Shown here piece by piece: positions 1-12,310 of a DNA stretch of 64,000 nucleotides; the stretch's first letter is position 1, and the number at the start of each line of letters is the position of its first letter. Position numbers and translations under genes: made by a program. The notes beneath the pieces are model-generated. The model made no database searches. It saw only the letters and a list, made by a program, of their open reading frames with translations, and was not told where the DNA came from. Origin of the DNA: Eutreptiella sp. 'Long Island Sound 2002' (Eukaryota > Protista > Euglenida); assembly GCA_964036045.1 (NCBI GenBank), contig OZ038378.1, positions 3,162,001 to 3,226,000 on the forward strand. The letters run 5' to 3'.

Positions 1-1
1 G

Positions 2-310
2 CCGCACAAGTGGCAGTTGCTAGGAGATAGTGTGACGGTGCAGTAGGTCCCCTCCCATGTTGGTGTGTAGGGTAATGAGCACGCTGATGCGGGAGCTGTG
101 AAGGGGTCCGCACAGGCGTATCGAGTAGTGTGTCGTGATAGGGAGATCAGGGACATCTCGAGTGATTTAGGTCTCAAAGAGATGGAAGAGCCCAGTGACA
201 ATAATATGAGTGGGGCGTCGCAGGATGGGGCAGATTCGGACACAGACGAAGATGATACATTTGCAGGTGGTTCTAGCGGAGGGGAAGAGGACGATAGCAG
301 TAGCGAGTAG
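2..310 (+). pseudogene. Degenerate RNase H C-terminal remnant of a non-LTR retrotransposon, followed by an acidic tail
   Basis: Frame 2 reads VQ*VPSHVGV*GNEHADAGAVKG, matching the RNase H motif WVPSHVG.GNE.AD..A..G. Stop codons at 44-46 and 68-70. Truncated by the window edge. Confidence 0.75.
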
Positions 311-759
311 CGAGTAGTTGATGGGGTCATCGCCGTGTAAAAGACGCCTGACTGGGTTCCGGGGGTGGAGCTGCCACGATTGACATGGCGTGCACGAGTC
401 GTGTGTTGTCACGGTTGAAACGTGGGCATGTGTGCTGTTACAGCCTACCACTGGTTTTTGACCATGCTGCTTTGCATGCATTGTGACTACGAGCGCATAA
501 CCGGGTTTAGGGGGGGTGAGAGAGCTGACCCAAACCAGCCTATGAGACATTCGATAGCCCGTGGGCGAACTCAAGGCAACATTTAGTACTGGTTTGGAAG
601 TTTGGAGTTTGGAGGTTTCGAAGTAGAACAATTGCGAGCTATGACCGGTCACCTGTGACACGGGGGCGTTTGGTAGCTGGGTATCCGTTGCTTCATGGCC
701 CTACCAGCTCAGCCCTGCCCCTATGCAAACACAGCAAAGGACCACTGGGAGGGCCTAGA

Positions 760-885
760 TGGTGCCACATGGCTTCCCATGGCTTTATACGCACTCCCAT
801 TGCCACCAAATGATCACCCAACAACCATAGCCCAAGGGTCCCAGGGGTTAGCGGAGGTCAACTAGAAATCGCAATTTTTCCGCCA
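760..885. repeat. Dispersed repeat family A, copy 1 (others at ~23721-23845 and, more diverged, ~31141-31290)
   Basis: Shared core catggctttatacgcactcccattgccaccaaatgatcacccaacaac seen directly at 760 and 23721; a diverged version is at 31141. Confidence 0.8.
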
Positions 886-2029
886 TCCCAGAATAGCTAG
901 AAAATGGCTCAGTCCTCACCACTGGGGCTCCAAAGAGGAGCCGATCTGGGAAGCTTGGAGAAAGCACCCGGATCCTGTGTCATTGGTTCAGGGGTCCATG
1001 GAGAAAAATAGTGGAATGGGAAGTGGGTCCGAATCAACGCACAGTGGTGGCTATCGGCCAATCAAGTTTTGAACCCCCCTCCCCCAAATGGTTCCTAGTA
1101 TGGGGTGGGGGTGGGGGTGGGGGTCTTGTATTTCTATCCGTATCTCCATTCCCGTATCTCTACCCGTATCTCCACCCATACCCGTTCCCATTTCCATATC
1201 TCTCTCCCTGCTCAGCCCCCTCCTGCCACCCTCCCCACCGATGCCAGGCAATTGCAATGGAGACAATGTCATTTCTCCATCACCTTCCCCTTCTGTCACC
1301 TCTACTGTCCTGATTGCCGGAGTGTAGGACATGGTCGGTTCCCTGCTCTCCCCTGTCCGTTTCTTTTCTTGGCGTCCTACCGGCCCTTCTCTGCGCCCTG
1401 TAGACCCCACCCCCAGTTATAAGCAAGCGCTAATGTTTTTTTGCTTGCTTGCATTTCAAACAACCCCTGTTTTCACTACAGAAAGATGGCTCTTCCTAAC
1501 ACCAATGACCCCCATTGCTTTTACGATGACATCGCAGCAGCCGGAGAGGAGGATGAAGTGGTTGTTTAGGATTTTTATGAGGCTGCGACAGCTTTTGAGG
1601 ACGCACACAGCATTAGTGCAGAATCAAGTGAAGGCGTAGAAGAACATGCAGTTGCAAATGCCTCTTTCCGCGGCTCTTTCTCTTGTGTTTGGGGTCGCCA
1701 GTTTGCCATGCTTGTTTACATTCCAGACCTCAAAAATATAAGCAAGCACGCTTGTTTTCATTTTGGTGCTTGCTTATATTTTTTACTTATCGTGCCTATC
1801 CTTCCTTTACCATGGACCCCAGTCCCTCCCTATTCAGGATGCGGCCATTGTCATCCGTGGTGCTGTACTGTACATGGCAATGTTCCGCTGCGTGTCATTC
1901 TTCCTGCAGACGCGAGGAGATCGTACCGTTCTCTCCAGTGCTATTCAGGGTGGTGTCACAAAGTCGCCGAAGGCTCGTGTAGCCCAATCCACCTATTGAT
2001 TCAATTTCCTTTGTTCCTTTGTCAGGGTA

Positions 2030-3070
2030 ATGCTATGTATCAAGCTCTCGTTGATGCTGGTTCTACCTGTGCAGATGGCCGTTGCTGCTACCTGCAGCAC
2101 CAAGCAGGTGGAGAGGATTCGCCTGAGCATGGGCAAAGACATCTCCAAAGCCACCCGCTGCCCAGACGCCACATGGAAGGAGCTCTTCTTTCGAGGCCCT
2201 ACCATCCAGCGTGCCAGGCGACCAGTGATCGTGTATGATGTGGGTTGCAACAAAGCCTTCGATGCACTGTCCACGTTGCGGTCCCTCACGCTTAATCCTC
2301 AGATTGACCTGAGGAAGTGGATAAAACAAACGGGGTTCAAATGTGGAATGTGTCATCAATGCACAAACGCAATGGCCAAAATCAAAGGGTCGCCCAAAGA
2401 GGTCAGGCTGTTCTGCATGGAGCCCATGCCTGATACGTATTCATTGCTACTTAATGCCAGTCTTGCGCTTGGCATGGACAAATTGGGGCTTCAAGTCGCC
2501 AATGCAGCGTTCACCAGCAGAGCAGACGCCACCAAGCGAGACTGGAAGGGAGCCTTTCCTGCTAGTGGGGGCCAATTTTTCGCGGGACAGGAAAATATTG
2601 GCTTGGGCAATGCACTCAAGTACCGCGACAAATGTGAGCAATGTCACCTGAAGGACGTTCCTTTGATGGTTCTGGATGACCATGTGCGACAGGAGTCCGT
2701 GGACTACGTTGACATCCTCAGCATTGATACGGAAGGGAATGACCCTCTTGTACTCGAGGGAGCCATGGAAACCCTTCGTAAGGGGGTGGGGTATGTCGAA
2801 TTTGAATACAGCCGCAAGGGCCAGTGGAGTGTTACCAAGCTGATTGACGTTGTCAAAAAGTTGCACTTACTTGGCTTCGTGTGTTACTGGCTTGGTGTTG
2901 GTCGGCTGTGGCAGATCACTGGGTGTTGGCATCATGATTACAACGTTCGTCAGTGGAGCAACATCGGATGTGTGCACGTGAACAAGACTGAATGGCATGG
3001 AATCATGCATGGAATCTCAGAACGGACGTTGAAAAGCCGTACCAAAGGCACCCACAAGTCAAAAAAGTAG
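2030..3070 (+). CDS. FkbM-family (Methyltransf_21-like) SAM-dependent methyltransferase with hydrophobic N-terminus, 346 aa, intronless
   Basis: Motifs VIVYDVGCNK, LFCMEPMPDTY, DILSIDTEGNDPLVLEGA and VEFEY are typical of FkbM proteins. A pyrimidine tract plus AG (2024-2025) lies 4 nt upstream of the ATG. Confidence 0.85.
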   Translation: MLCIKLSLMLVLPVQMAVAATCSTKQVERIRLSMGKDISKATRCPDATWKELFFRGPTIQRARRPVIVYDVGCNKAFDALSTLRSLTLNPQIDLRKWIKQTGFKCGMCHQCTNAMAKIKGSPKEVRLFCMEPMPDTYSLLLNASLALGMDKLGLQVANAAFTSRADATKRDWKGAFPASGGQFFAGQENIGLGNALKYRDKCEQCHLKDVPLMVLDDHVRQESVDYVDILSIDTEGNDPLVLEGAMETLRKGVGYVEFEYSRKGQWSVTKLIDVVKKLHLLGFVCYWLGVGRLWQITGCWHHDYNVRQWSNIGCVHVNKTEWHGIMHGISERTLKSRTKGTHKSKK

Positions 3071-4829
3071 CCGTTGCCTGAACCCCGTTGGCATTTCGAC
3101 CCCAATGGTACGCCCACTCAGTCGTGTTGATATTTCCTGGGAACTGTTTGCGGTGTTGACACTTCTTTGGAGCATTGCAGTCCAAGTGCAGATGACGCCT
3201 GTTTGTAGCATTTGTACCTTCCGTACCACGGCAGCGGCTTGGGCGACGACTATGTTTGTTGTTGGCAAGTCTTCTGAATGCTACTCGAATGTCTTCCACC
3301 TCCTGCTTGCAAGAATGCCATGCCCCACTGTGGGCAACTGTCAGCAATTCGTATTGTGTTGCATACCACGGCGCTCCATTTTTTGTGCCTGATCTGACCC
3401 TGTGCCTTAGTGGCTGCTCTGCTACCCCATGTTAAGCCCCTTGACCTACTTCCACTTCCACTTCCTCATGTTCATCAAAAGCATCCAGCCTGCACCCCTG
3501 TCCCGCAACCACATCCAAGCACCCATGATGCCCGGACAGGCTGACCATCCGCCCAACAGTTCGATGACACGTCTCCTGATCTATGCTGCTCATAGCATAG
3601 GGGAGGCCGGACTTTCACTATTGTGTGTCTTTTTTGGGGGGAGAGGTTGATAGAGCCCATTGGCTGGACCCCCCCCCCAAAAAAAACGTTATCTACACGT
3701 TATGTACGCCCTAACCCAATCTCAGATCGTAGTGCAGCGTGACTCGGCACTAATACCCTGAACCATGAAGGCCTTGTCCCTTGCCCAAGCCAGGGATGAC
3801 AGTGAGAAACACTCGGAGCCAATGGGACAATTACTGGCAGTTGCATACGCAAGGAACTGATGAGGCAATGAAGGCCGTGTGAAGGCAGGCGCGGCTGAAG
3901 CACAGTGGCGGGTTCACACCTGACCTTTGGAGGCCCTCCCCAAAAAGGCTCAATGGACAATGCCCCCCCAAACCCACCCCAGGAACATCCCGGGTTTCAA
4001 TGGAAGGTGGGGTGAGGGGGGGGGGGGGGGGCAGGGGTGTGGAAAGGAAGCGGGACACTTGGTTTCAGGGTGGGGCCAGGTCAAACTCTAACCCTAATCA
4101 AGACTAAACATTGGGACCGAGATGGTGGCGGAGGGAACATCAGGTACACTACCCCCCCCCCCCCCTTTTGAACAATATCCAGTAGTTGAAAATAAACTCG
4201 AGTACTGGATAATATTTTGACATCTCAAAATTGATATCCAATACAGCCTGGACACCTGCTGTTCATTCCTGGATGTTTGCTGTTGTTTCCTGGATGCTTG
4301 TTGTTGATTTTTGGATGCTTGCTGTCAATTGTTGGAGATATCTGGCTTGTTGTTTCACGTCAAGTACACAACATTATCTTTACGACCAGCCTACCTGGTG
4401 CACATGCGGCAACCAATTTCCCGAATTGTGAACGACCGATCAAGTCATTGCCGTCGGCTGGTCTGATTCGTTGACCATGCTCTCAACGCATTTAGATTTT
4501 TGTATGTTTGTTCCTACAGTTTTTCAAGTTCCTTCACAGTCCGGCAGATGGGTGCCCCGTTGTAGGTTCTAGTTCCTGCTGTGCAGCATCTTCTTGCTCC
4601 TCATCAGTAAACGCTGCAAATTCCTCAAACACAAGCTCATCTGATCACGATCACGATCACTGCAGCAGCAACAGCTTCTGCAGCGAACTCACTATCTCGG
4701 GCTCGTCCTGGACCAACGTCAGGACTGTAGTCAGAGTCCGAGCAATCCTCCTCATTTGACACATGACCATCGAAAGGTCACTACCCCCCTCCCCCCTTGC
4801 AAGAGCTACGCCTTTGTCAGAGCGACAGT

Positions 4830-5460
4830 AGGTGATGTGTCCGCAACTTTTGGAGAACATGGTCACCGAAGACTCGGCCCTGCTGCGGCACCGCATTCGG
4901 GACAGTCTCCGTTGGAACTCACTACTGCAACTGGAGGCCGCCGTCCCCAGACCTTCTCGGGCTTGGCGGGCTCCATTGACAGGCGGGCCTGCCATGCGGG
5001 GCTTGCGAAATTCAGAGATGCGACGGAGCTTTCCATGCTAAGCAGGCTGCTGACCGGGGCCACGTGGACGGCATCTAGAGCGGGCAGGCAGCACATGCGG
5101 CCATCACTGGTGTGCCCTTACTGCCCAGGACGGTGCAGGAGACGGACAGTCACATTGTATGGGACTACCTGCGATGGAGGGCGGCACACGACACCCGGTG
5201 CCCTTGGGTTCTTGTGGCAGCTGTGGCCCTGCTGACATGGACCAGTGGCCCTCGTGCCTGAGGGGTGCCTGTGTGGTGCCTGACTGGGTCACGAAGGACG
5301 TTGACGTCGATGTGGTAGACGAGTTTGTCTACTGGGTTTATGGCATGGAGCTAGCTATCCTCATGATGTGCATGCGGCACGAACAGGGGACGGCCGCAAG
5401 AGGCCAGGCGGGTCTCCTCTTCCCGGATGCACCCACAGGGTTTGGACCCACAGGGTAGGG
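4830..5460 (+). mobile_element. Frameshifted 3' remnant of a LINE ORF2 (post-RT Cys/His zinc-finger region)
   Basis: LSRLLTGATWT...CPYC (5113-5124), then after a frameshift ETDSHIVWD (5138-5164), matching the CxxC...ET..H..W.C motif of non-LTR elements. Confidence 0.65.
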
Positions 5461-5699
5461 TTATGGGGTGGTGCGTCTTGGATCAGAGGCATAAATTGCA
5501 TGTCCCCATGGCCTGTGATCTGACGTTACAAACGTCTTCTATTGCGTATCACTCCTTTCCATTCATTCGTTCACTGGATTGCAGCTTAAACCCTGCCACT
5601 TTCACTCTGACAGTGAAGTGGGGATATTAGTGCATTAGGCAGGGGAAAGCCTTCCGGAGACTCCACCTACGCTGGGTGTTCGTCTGGCCTAATATGAGG

Positions 5700-6000
5700 T
5701 GGCCTAACCTGTGGATGCTAGGCCCTGTTGCTGGTTGCGCAAGAGTTGCGGCAGCAAATGAGCAGGGGGTGCTCAAATGCACCTAACTGCACCCCTCCGC
5801 AAGCACCGCTCTTGCATTTTTTTTTGTCCCAATGACACACTATCATCCATGGGAGGGGGTAAATCCAAACAACTGTCCACAACCCTTTCCTGCAACCGGA
5901 TTTCATGTTACCGCTAGTCTGCAGGCTGCCTATCTTTTACTCGGCCAGCATGGAGGCCGCCCCATTTCCCCAAATCCACTTCCTTAGGCACACTTGCCCC
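5700..6000 (-). mobile_element. Possible highly decayed LINE RT fragment
   Basis: Minus strand DSCLDLPPPMDDSVS resembles RT motif LDL.KAFDSV. Many stops; weak match. Confidence 0.3.
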
Positions 6001-6966
6001 AATCCCCAATCCTGACCTAGGAGTAATTTTCGGTCCCCAACTGACACAAAACATTCCATGCAATGTGTTGTATTGTTTGATACACTATGCTACGTGAAGT
6101 AAACGCATTTCATGCGTTCCACATGTATGAAACATGCGATGCATTCAACAAACGAAAGAAGCTGCTGTTGTGCGACAAGAGACCCTCCCTGACCATCACC
6201 CCAAGAAACCACAAACATCATGCAACCCCTCGTACATGAGAGGAACCATTCCAACTGCACGTACTGTTTTGAGTTGCCAAAAGGCGAAAAACCCGACTCA
6301 AACATATATGGTACGAGCATATTCTAGTCATCAGTGCTGGTATGGAGGAGGTAAGATTGGCGATCCTGCATGCAGTCTTTTATGGGTCTGAATTATCTAA
6401 CATCAACACCCCCTGTTCCAAGAGTGGGCACAAGCTGGAGAGGCTGTGGCCCGGTATATTTGATCTGTTCCAAGTTGAGCCGTGAATGTCAAATATTCAC
6501 ATTCCGCAATCATCGGGGGTGCCAGTGTTTATGGTTTTATGATTTCAACACCAACTAGTGGTGCTCGAATAAGGATGGTGTTCAGTTGTGATTGGTGGTG
6601 GGCAAGTCGTCATCAACCACATATGTCAAAACGGAAGGCAGCCCCCCGAAACCCCTAAAATTTCTGTTTTTGGGGCTTTTCAGTGGCACTGGAAAATTTT
6701 CCAAAATTGCCTCGAAGAGATGTCACTGGCACCACCACGTGTAACCAATGAATGATGCCATGTGGGTGTGGTAGACTGACTGCACTACTATATGAAGGGT
6801 CGACACATGGACTGTACGTTGCTCAGACCTCAGGTCCCCCCAGTTTCTGGGTGCACCTGTACTATAGATAAATGGACCTTCAACTTTCCAAGATACTCCC
6901 AAGTACACTCAATGACACCTTGAGTGCCAGGAGCTTTAAAAAAAAAAGAGATGTCGCTGGCACCAT

Positions 6967-7665
6967 GGGGGAGCCTCAAGCGCAGTGCACGCGCAGTGCA
7001 ACTATTTGGGCGTCTGGCCGTACTAGAGACCCGTACTTTGAGATACTAGGGGCCCCTAGGGGCATCATGGTGACCCCTAGCGGAGGTTTTGCAAGGTGTA
7101 GCACGTTTGGGTCAAGGCATGGCAAGGCGTAGCATGGTTGTGTCAAGGCATGGCAAGGCGCAATGCTCGTGTGCACACATTGATCTATCGTGCTTGCACA
7201 TATGCTAAAGGACTTCATACCCCCCTCCTCCTTTCTTAGAAACACTTTCTTCATGGATTTGAGTCTTGGCGATCAGGTGTTCTACACCTGCTCCAACAGC
7301 GTGCGATTTCCTGCCACAGTGGTTGGGATGGCGGGAGATGGGCTCATCCACTTGGAGTACTACCAAGATGCACTACGGGTGGTAAATTGCCAATGCAAGA
7401 TGGAGTCCATGTGTACTTAGTAGACAATGGAACAGAAGGACATTTCTGTGTTCTTGAGGGTGGCGACCAATGCGCTGTTCATGGCTTTTCCAGTTGTGCA
7501 TGATGTGTGTTATGTGAAGGGAAGGTAGTTTGCAACTTTCTTGAGCTGGGGCAGTTTGGGTCACCTAATTCTGAGGGCGTTTCCAAGGGGTTTGCTTGGG
7601 GGCTCTTCGGGGGGAACATAGTCTAAAAGTAGCGCGCAGTGCGCGCGCAGTGCAAAGATTCCCCC
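6967..7665 (+). mobile_element. Non-autonomous DNA element with GGGGG/CCCCC termini and 3-bp TSD (CAT), copy 1
   Basis: CAT at 6964-6966 and 7666-7668 flanks the element. Left arm (6967-7092) and right arm (7409-7665) are shared with the copy at 61380-62233. Confidence 0.8.
7253..7420 (+). CDS. 55-aa cargo ORF inside the element; Tudor/SH3-barrel-like pattern
   Basis: MDLSLGDQVFYTCSNSVRFPATVVGMAGDGLIHLEYYQD follows the Tudor-like pattern GD.V.....A.V....G...V.Y. Pyrimidine tract plus AG at 7238-7239 precedes the ATG. Confidence 0.4.
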   Translation: MDLSLGDQVFYTCSNSVRFPATVVGMAGDGLIHLEYYQDALRVVNCQCKMESMCT

Positions 7666-7800
7666 CATGGCCGCCCCTGCCCCTTTTGGGGGTTATTCAC
7701 GCTGGATACCTCAATTTGTGATATCTAATGTCTGTGCTCCACTACCTCTGTGCAATCACCACCACAGCCAGGGGGCGTTGTTTGAAATTTGGAGCCTTCA

Positions 7801-7975
7801 TTGGCTCTGTTGGGTCAACCTAATGGCAAAAAGTTGTGACTGTGATGGCTCTCATTGCAGATAAACATAATTCCCGCAATGCCAACACAAGCGTTGGCTC
7901 GTTGGGTCAACCTAATGGGAAAAAGTTATGATTGTGATGGCACGCATTGCAGATAAACATAATTCGGGCAATGCC
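7801..7975. repeat. Two-copy ~92-bp tandem duplication
   Basis: gggtcaacctaatgg...attgcagataaacataattc occurs at 7812 and 7904. Confidence 0.8.
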
Positions 7976-9657
7976 TGCACAAGTAGGGACTACCATAAAA
8001 TGCCTGTTTTGACGTCGGTTAGGTGTACAAATTATTTTTGGCCTGAGATGTTGGATGATGTTGATGGATCTCATGGATGATTGCAAAATCAGCCCCTTGG
8101 GGGTTCGTTGCTTGGGGCAATTTCTCTGCGAGTTGGACTTGCTGAAGGCAATAGAACTTTCATTGCACTGACCACACCGCACTTTTGACAGCACACAACA
8201 CCCACATGGGCCTCATCCTGTTGTGCTGATTGCCCAACTTTGCAGTGTCTCTAATGAATCATTGGCTTTCATGTGTGTGGTACCTATTGGGTGCCACACC
8301 CAATTTACACACAGCAGAGCAACACCAGTTCCATTTTGCCCCGCAGACTCCTATTTCATTTCATCAATGGCACATAAGTTCCTTGGCGCTTGTGCATGAG
8401 TCTGTCTCTCCCTCGAATTCCAGGTTTCTGTGTTGAATTGATAAACTGTGCATTGGAATCGAGATACCGTGCCGCAGTACACACTCTCTGAGCAGGTGGG
8501 CATTGCATCCACGACGAGTGCTCCCTCTCTCTGCCACATTGTGCCTGGCGTGCACATGAAACTTTGACTACAAACAGGCAACATGAGGAATCCTCCATGC
8601 GCGATGCACAAATCGGGGGAAATGGAGCCTATGAACGAATATAGGCTCTTCACTACAAAGGCATGGTTGTTGAAAAGATGCTGTTGCCGACCTCAGTTGG
8701 ATTGGTGGGGGAAAAAATCATAAGCGACTCCACCCCAAGCTACTTCCTCCATGTGCAAAATGAGTGCGGAATCAAAACTTATGGAGATTCATGAAATGCA
8801 GCCTGATGCATCATGCGTCCCAAGCTGCTGCTCCAGTGCTGCGTAGAGTAGGTACTGCCCAAAGTTTTGTGCCCTCAATAGCAGCGCCAGTGATCTGACA
8901 ATGTTCCTCGTATTTTTCACAAGGAACTGATGTCTTTCTTCCGGCAACATGGTAAAATGTTTGGGACGCTCAAAGTGCTTGGGCAACGGTGCTATTCGGC
9001 AGCTCCGACGCCATACGTGATGTTGTGCTATGAATATGTTCCCGATGTACTTGAAAAAAGGGGTCCCTTTCGTAATGACCATCTTGCCCTCGCTCAACAC
9101 TTTGCAAGCAAGGTTTGTCGCCAAAGTCCACTTTGTGCATGTCCCCACATGATCGCGCTGACGCCCACATACATGACGTGTGTGTACCACATCAGGGGTG
9201 CTGAGATGCATTCGTGATGGGTGAGCAGTAGACTAGGGCAGTAACCGAGGTCCGGTCCGCCAGGGTCTGATGCGTCCAAGTTATCCTGGAAGTGCTTTAG
9301 AAACATCGTCTTCCAAAAAGGCATGTCGCGATTACACGCCATGGCTGCCCGATTCAAGGGCAGAGGGGTATGAAGGATCCAGCAGTGTGCCGCTCTAACG
9401 GTACTTTAGTTGCGTGACTTCGATGTAGAAGGCTTGGCTTGTCCGGTGATTGTCATGGAATAGAAATTGTGGACGCGTTACGTGTCATTTGGGTTTGCTG
9501 GGCGACCATGCGAGGGTGGATTTGGAGGAGCCGGGACAGTGCTCTGCGTCCCAAGCCAAGCCGTCCTTGTCATTAACGATGACTCTCTCTGTTGTTGGGG
9601 TGGCAAATGCGCATATGTAGCCCGAGGTGATTTCAACCCGAACCCAACAACACGCCT

Positions 9658-10075
9658 GGGCGACCTGAAAATTGCTCTGCGGGGTGGGGGGGGGGGGTGA
9701 CATGGACGCCCGCCGAAGGAGGGGGCGGGGGTTGGAGAAATGGGGTTCCGTGTCGGGCCCTTTGTTTTGTGTAAGAACGGATGTTGGCGCCGAAGGCGCA
9801 GGAACACAAATTTTGGCCCGAAAAAGTTTTTTCCACCAATAATTCCCCCCCCCCCCCCCCCACATTTGAGTAGTCAAAATGATCAGCGCGACGTGGGTAT
9901 CATTTTGAGCCATAGATGTTGGGTTGACCCCCCCCCCCCCCCCGGCACGGCAGGTCGGGCACCCCCGCCCTGAACCCCCCCTCCCGTCACGGCGGCCAAG
10001 GAGGGGGGGGGGTTGGGAAACTGGGCTTCCGTGTCACCCCCCCCCCCCCCCCGCAGAGCAATTTTCTTCCCGCCC
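9658..10075. mobile_element. MITE with poly-G/poly-C terminal inverted repeats, copy 1
   Basis: Left gggcg-N4-gaaaattgctctgc(G)n-tgaca and right tgtca-(C)n-gcagagcaattttc-N4-cgccc are inverted. Near-identical copy at 17347-17790. No TSD recognised. Confidence 0.8.
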
Positions 10076-12310
10076 TGGGGTGCATATGATGGCGGTGCAC
10101 CGAATTGCGTTGAGACACTTTCTCACTGCATTCCAGGGCCAGCTGCTACTAGGCGGCGCATTCGACCCGCCTGCAGGGGCAGCTTTGGTGTTCAAAGGTC
10201 TGTGTTGTGCCTGCTCCCTGTGCCGTTGCCTTGCCTTACAGCCACACTGCAACGGCCCAGCACCCCATTTAAGTTTCATCAGTAGAGGCGTGTGGTGTTC
10301 CACGAATCGCGTCACAATGCACACTGGCTGACCATGCACTGCGTTTGGGAGTCGAGGTCAAGTGACCATCCTGGGTGTTCCAAAGCCGGGGCAATGGCAT
10401 TGTTGTTGCATTCCGCAGCCGGTTTGACAGAGGCGGCTGTCGTGGCAGCAGTGGCAGCGGTGGTGGCAGCATGGGCCCTGAACTGCTGAGGCAAAGAGCA
10501 ATCTATGGATTGCTTTCCGGTTTGTGAGTGTTTTCCTGTGTTGTGTTTGCCTGTTTGTCTCTCTGTGCAACACACCCTCGCGCTTAGGGTTGACGGATGC
10601 AGAAGTGCTTGAAAACTTCATACAAAAGGTCTGTCGATACGCTGTTCGTGTTCGTGGGATGGATGTTGCCTTGGGTTGCACTGCTGTCTCTTTGTTGTCG
10701 GCCTTTTTCTGTTGCGTTGAAGGTTTGACGTAACTGTGTGTTTGTGAGCGGTGCGAACAAAGAAAACGTTTACGACCCCGTAGACAAGTCGGCTACTGTC
10801 CGCATGCAGCCTGTCTTCTAGTGTGAGCCCCTCTTGGCCAGACCCCACCCACCCGCCCTACACTATCTATCGCAATCAGTCTTAAGACTGAACTGTCATT
10901 AGCACTTCGAGAGGGAGGCCACAACACTGACGAGATTGCTGTAACCCGAGCATTGCTGGACACGTATCCGTGCTGCATGGGCGTGCCCCCCTCGCGTTTG
11001 TTGAGGCTTTCGAGAACAGGGCGCTTTGTTCCTAGAATGCTGCCCCTTGGCCGACGGCTGCCGGCCACCCCGGCAGACTGCGTGCGATCGTCGGATATTT
11101 CTCGTCCATTTAGCGTCAACCGCCGTTTCCGACTGCCAACATTCATCGCAAGGGCCGATCGCAGTTTTGTTTAGCATCATCACCTCTTCTTCGCCAGGAT
11201 CCGTATGTGCAGAACGGCATTGTGACGAAGTGGGACCTCAAACGCTGGACCGTGGTCGCCGGGTGTCAGAGTTAATGGGTCGGTAGCCCCCACCTAGACA
11301 GAAGTGGCGTGTGTTGATGCCCCTCCGTCATGTCCCCATGCAGCGTCGTGAAGGATTCCAAAACCCTGGCCCTAAGCGGGTGTGCCACCGTGAGGGTTTC
11401 GCATATTCCCTCCCGTGTTTCGGCAGCTGGGGTTTTCCGCATTTGAAGCATGGTGCTTTTGACACAGAGCTGTACATGGTGACTCTAATTCCTCCCCAGA
11501 TGGCCGAAATTCCTACCAGGATGGCCTAAATTCCTACCAACTGGCCCCGTGATGGAGGGACAAGAATTTGTGTGGGCATGACCGTCAAATGAGGAGACTC
11601 ATGTTCGCACTTTTGCGGTCACCAGCAATGACCCACAGAACCAAAAACATTAAATAACCCCCCCCCCCCCTTTTAATTTTCAGAATTCTGCGCGAAACCT
11701 CATGGTGTCACATTTCGCAGGTTTGCCCCCCCCCCCACCCGTGACAGCAGCATCATGATCAGATGGGTGACGGTTCTGGGCCCCGTGTTGACTTGTTAAC
11801 ACCAAGTCAAGGATGGATTGAGAGGATGCGGGAGTGTCACGCTGTGCATTGTGCGTCCGAAAGCGTGAGCACTGCCCTGGAATGGTGTAAGTTCAAGGGC
11901 CCAAGGGCCTTGCGTAGACCATCGAGGTCGACCCAAACAGTCGTGTGCGTCGCGTTGACCGAGAGTGTTCATACAACGCCCTGCCCTGTCCGGCGGTTCT
12001 CAAACACCTGTCCCATCCCAGCACAGGTTTTACTGTCCCCGTTGTTCGCCCTTGGTGGCTGCTGCAGTGGGTGGTGCATGCACCACACGTGCAGGGCTTG
12101 TAGGAGCTGCCAGCAACAAGCTGCTGCTGCGTGCTCGCACGTTTCGTTTCATCTATTCACGGGGGCATGTTGCTGCATCAAATCAGGGACACAAGCTGGT
12201 GCGCCACTGCACTTGCTGCATCGGAGAGGAACCAAACGCGGCATTGCACACTCAAAACTGTGGTAGGTAAGAAAACAGTCCACTTCGTAACACCTGCTGG
12301 CGACACCATC

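Noticed and set aside
265-290. GGSSGG as an amidase signature for the allophanate hydrolase
   Set aside because: It lies in the acidic low-complexity tail of a LINE remnant with no surrounding amidase motifs.
8350-9360. Possible decayed transposase on the minus strand
   Set aside because: Fragmented frames with no motif I can assign confidently.
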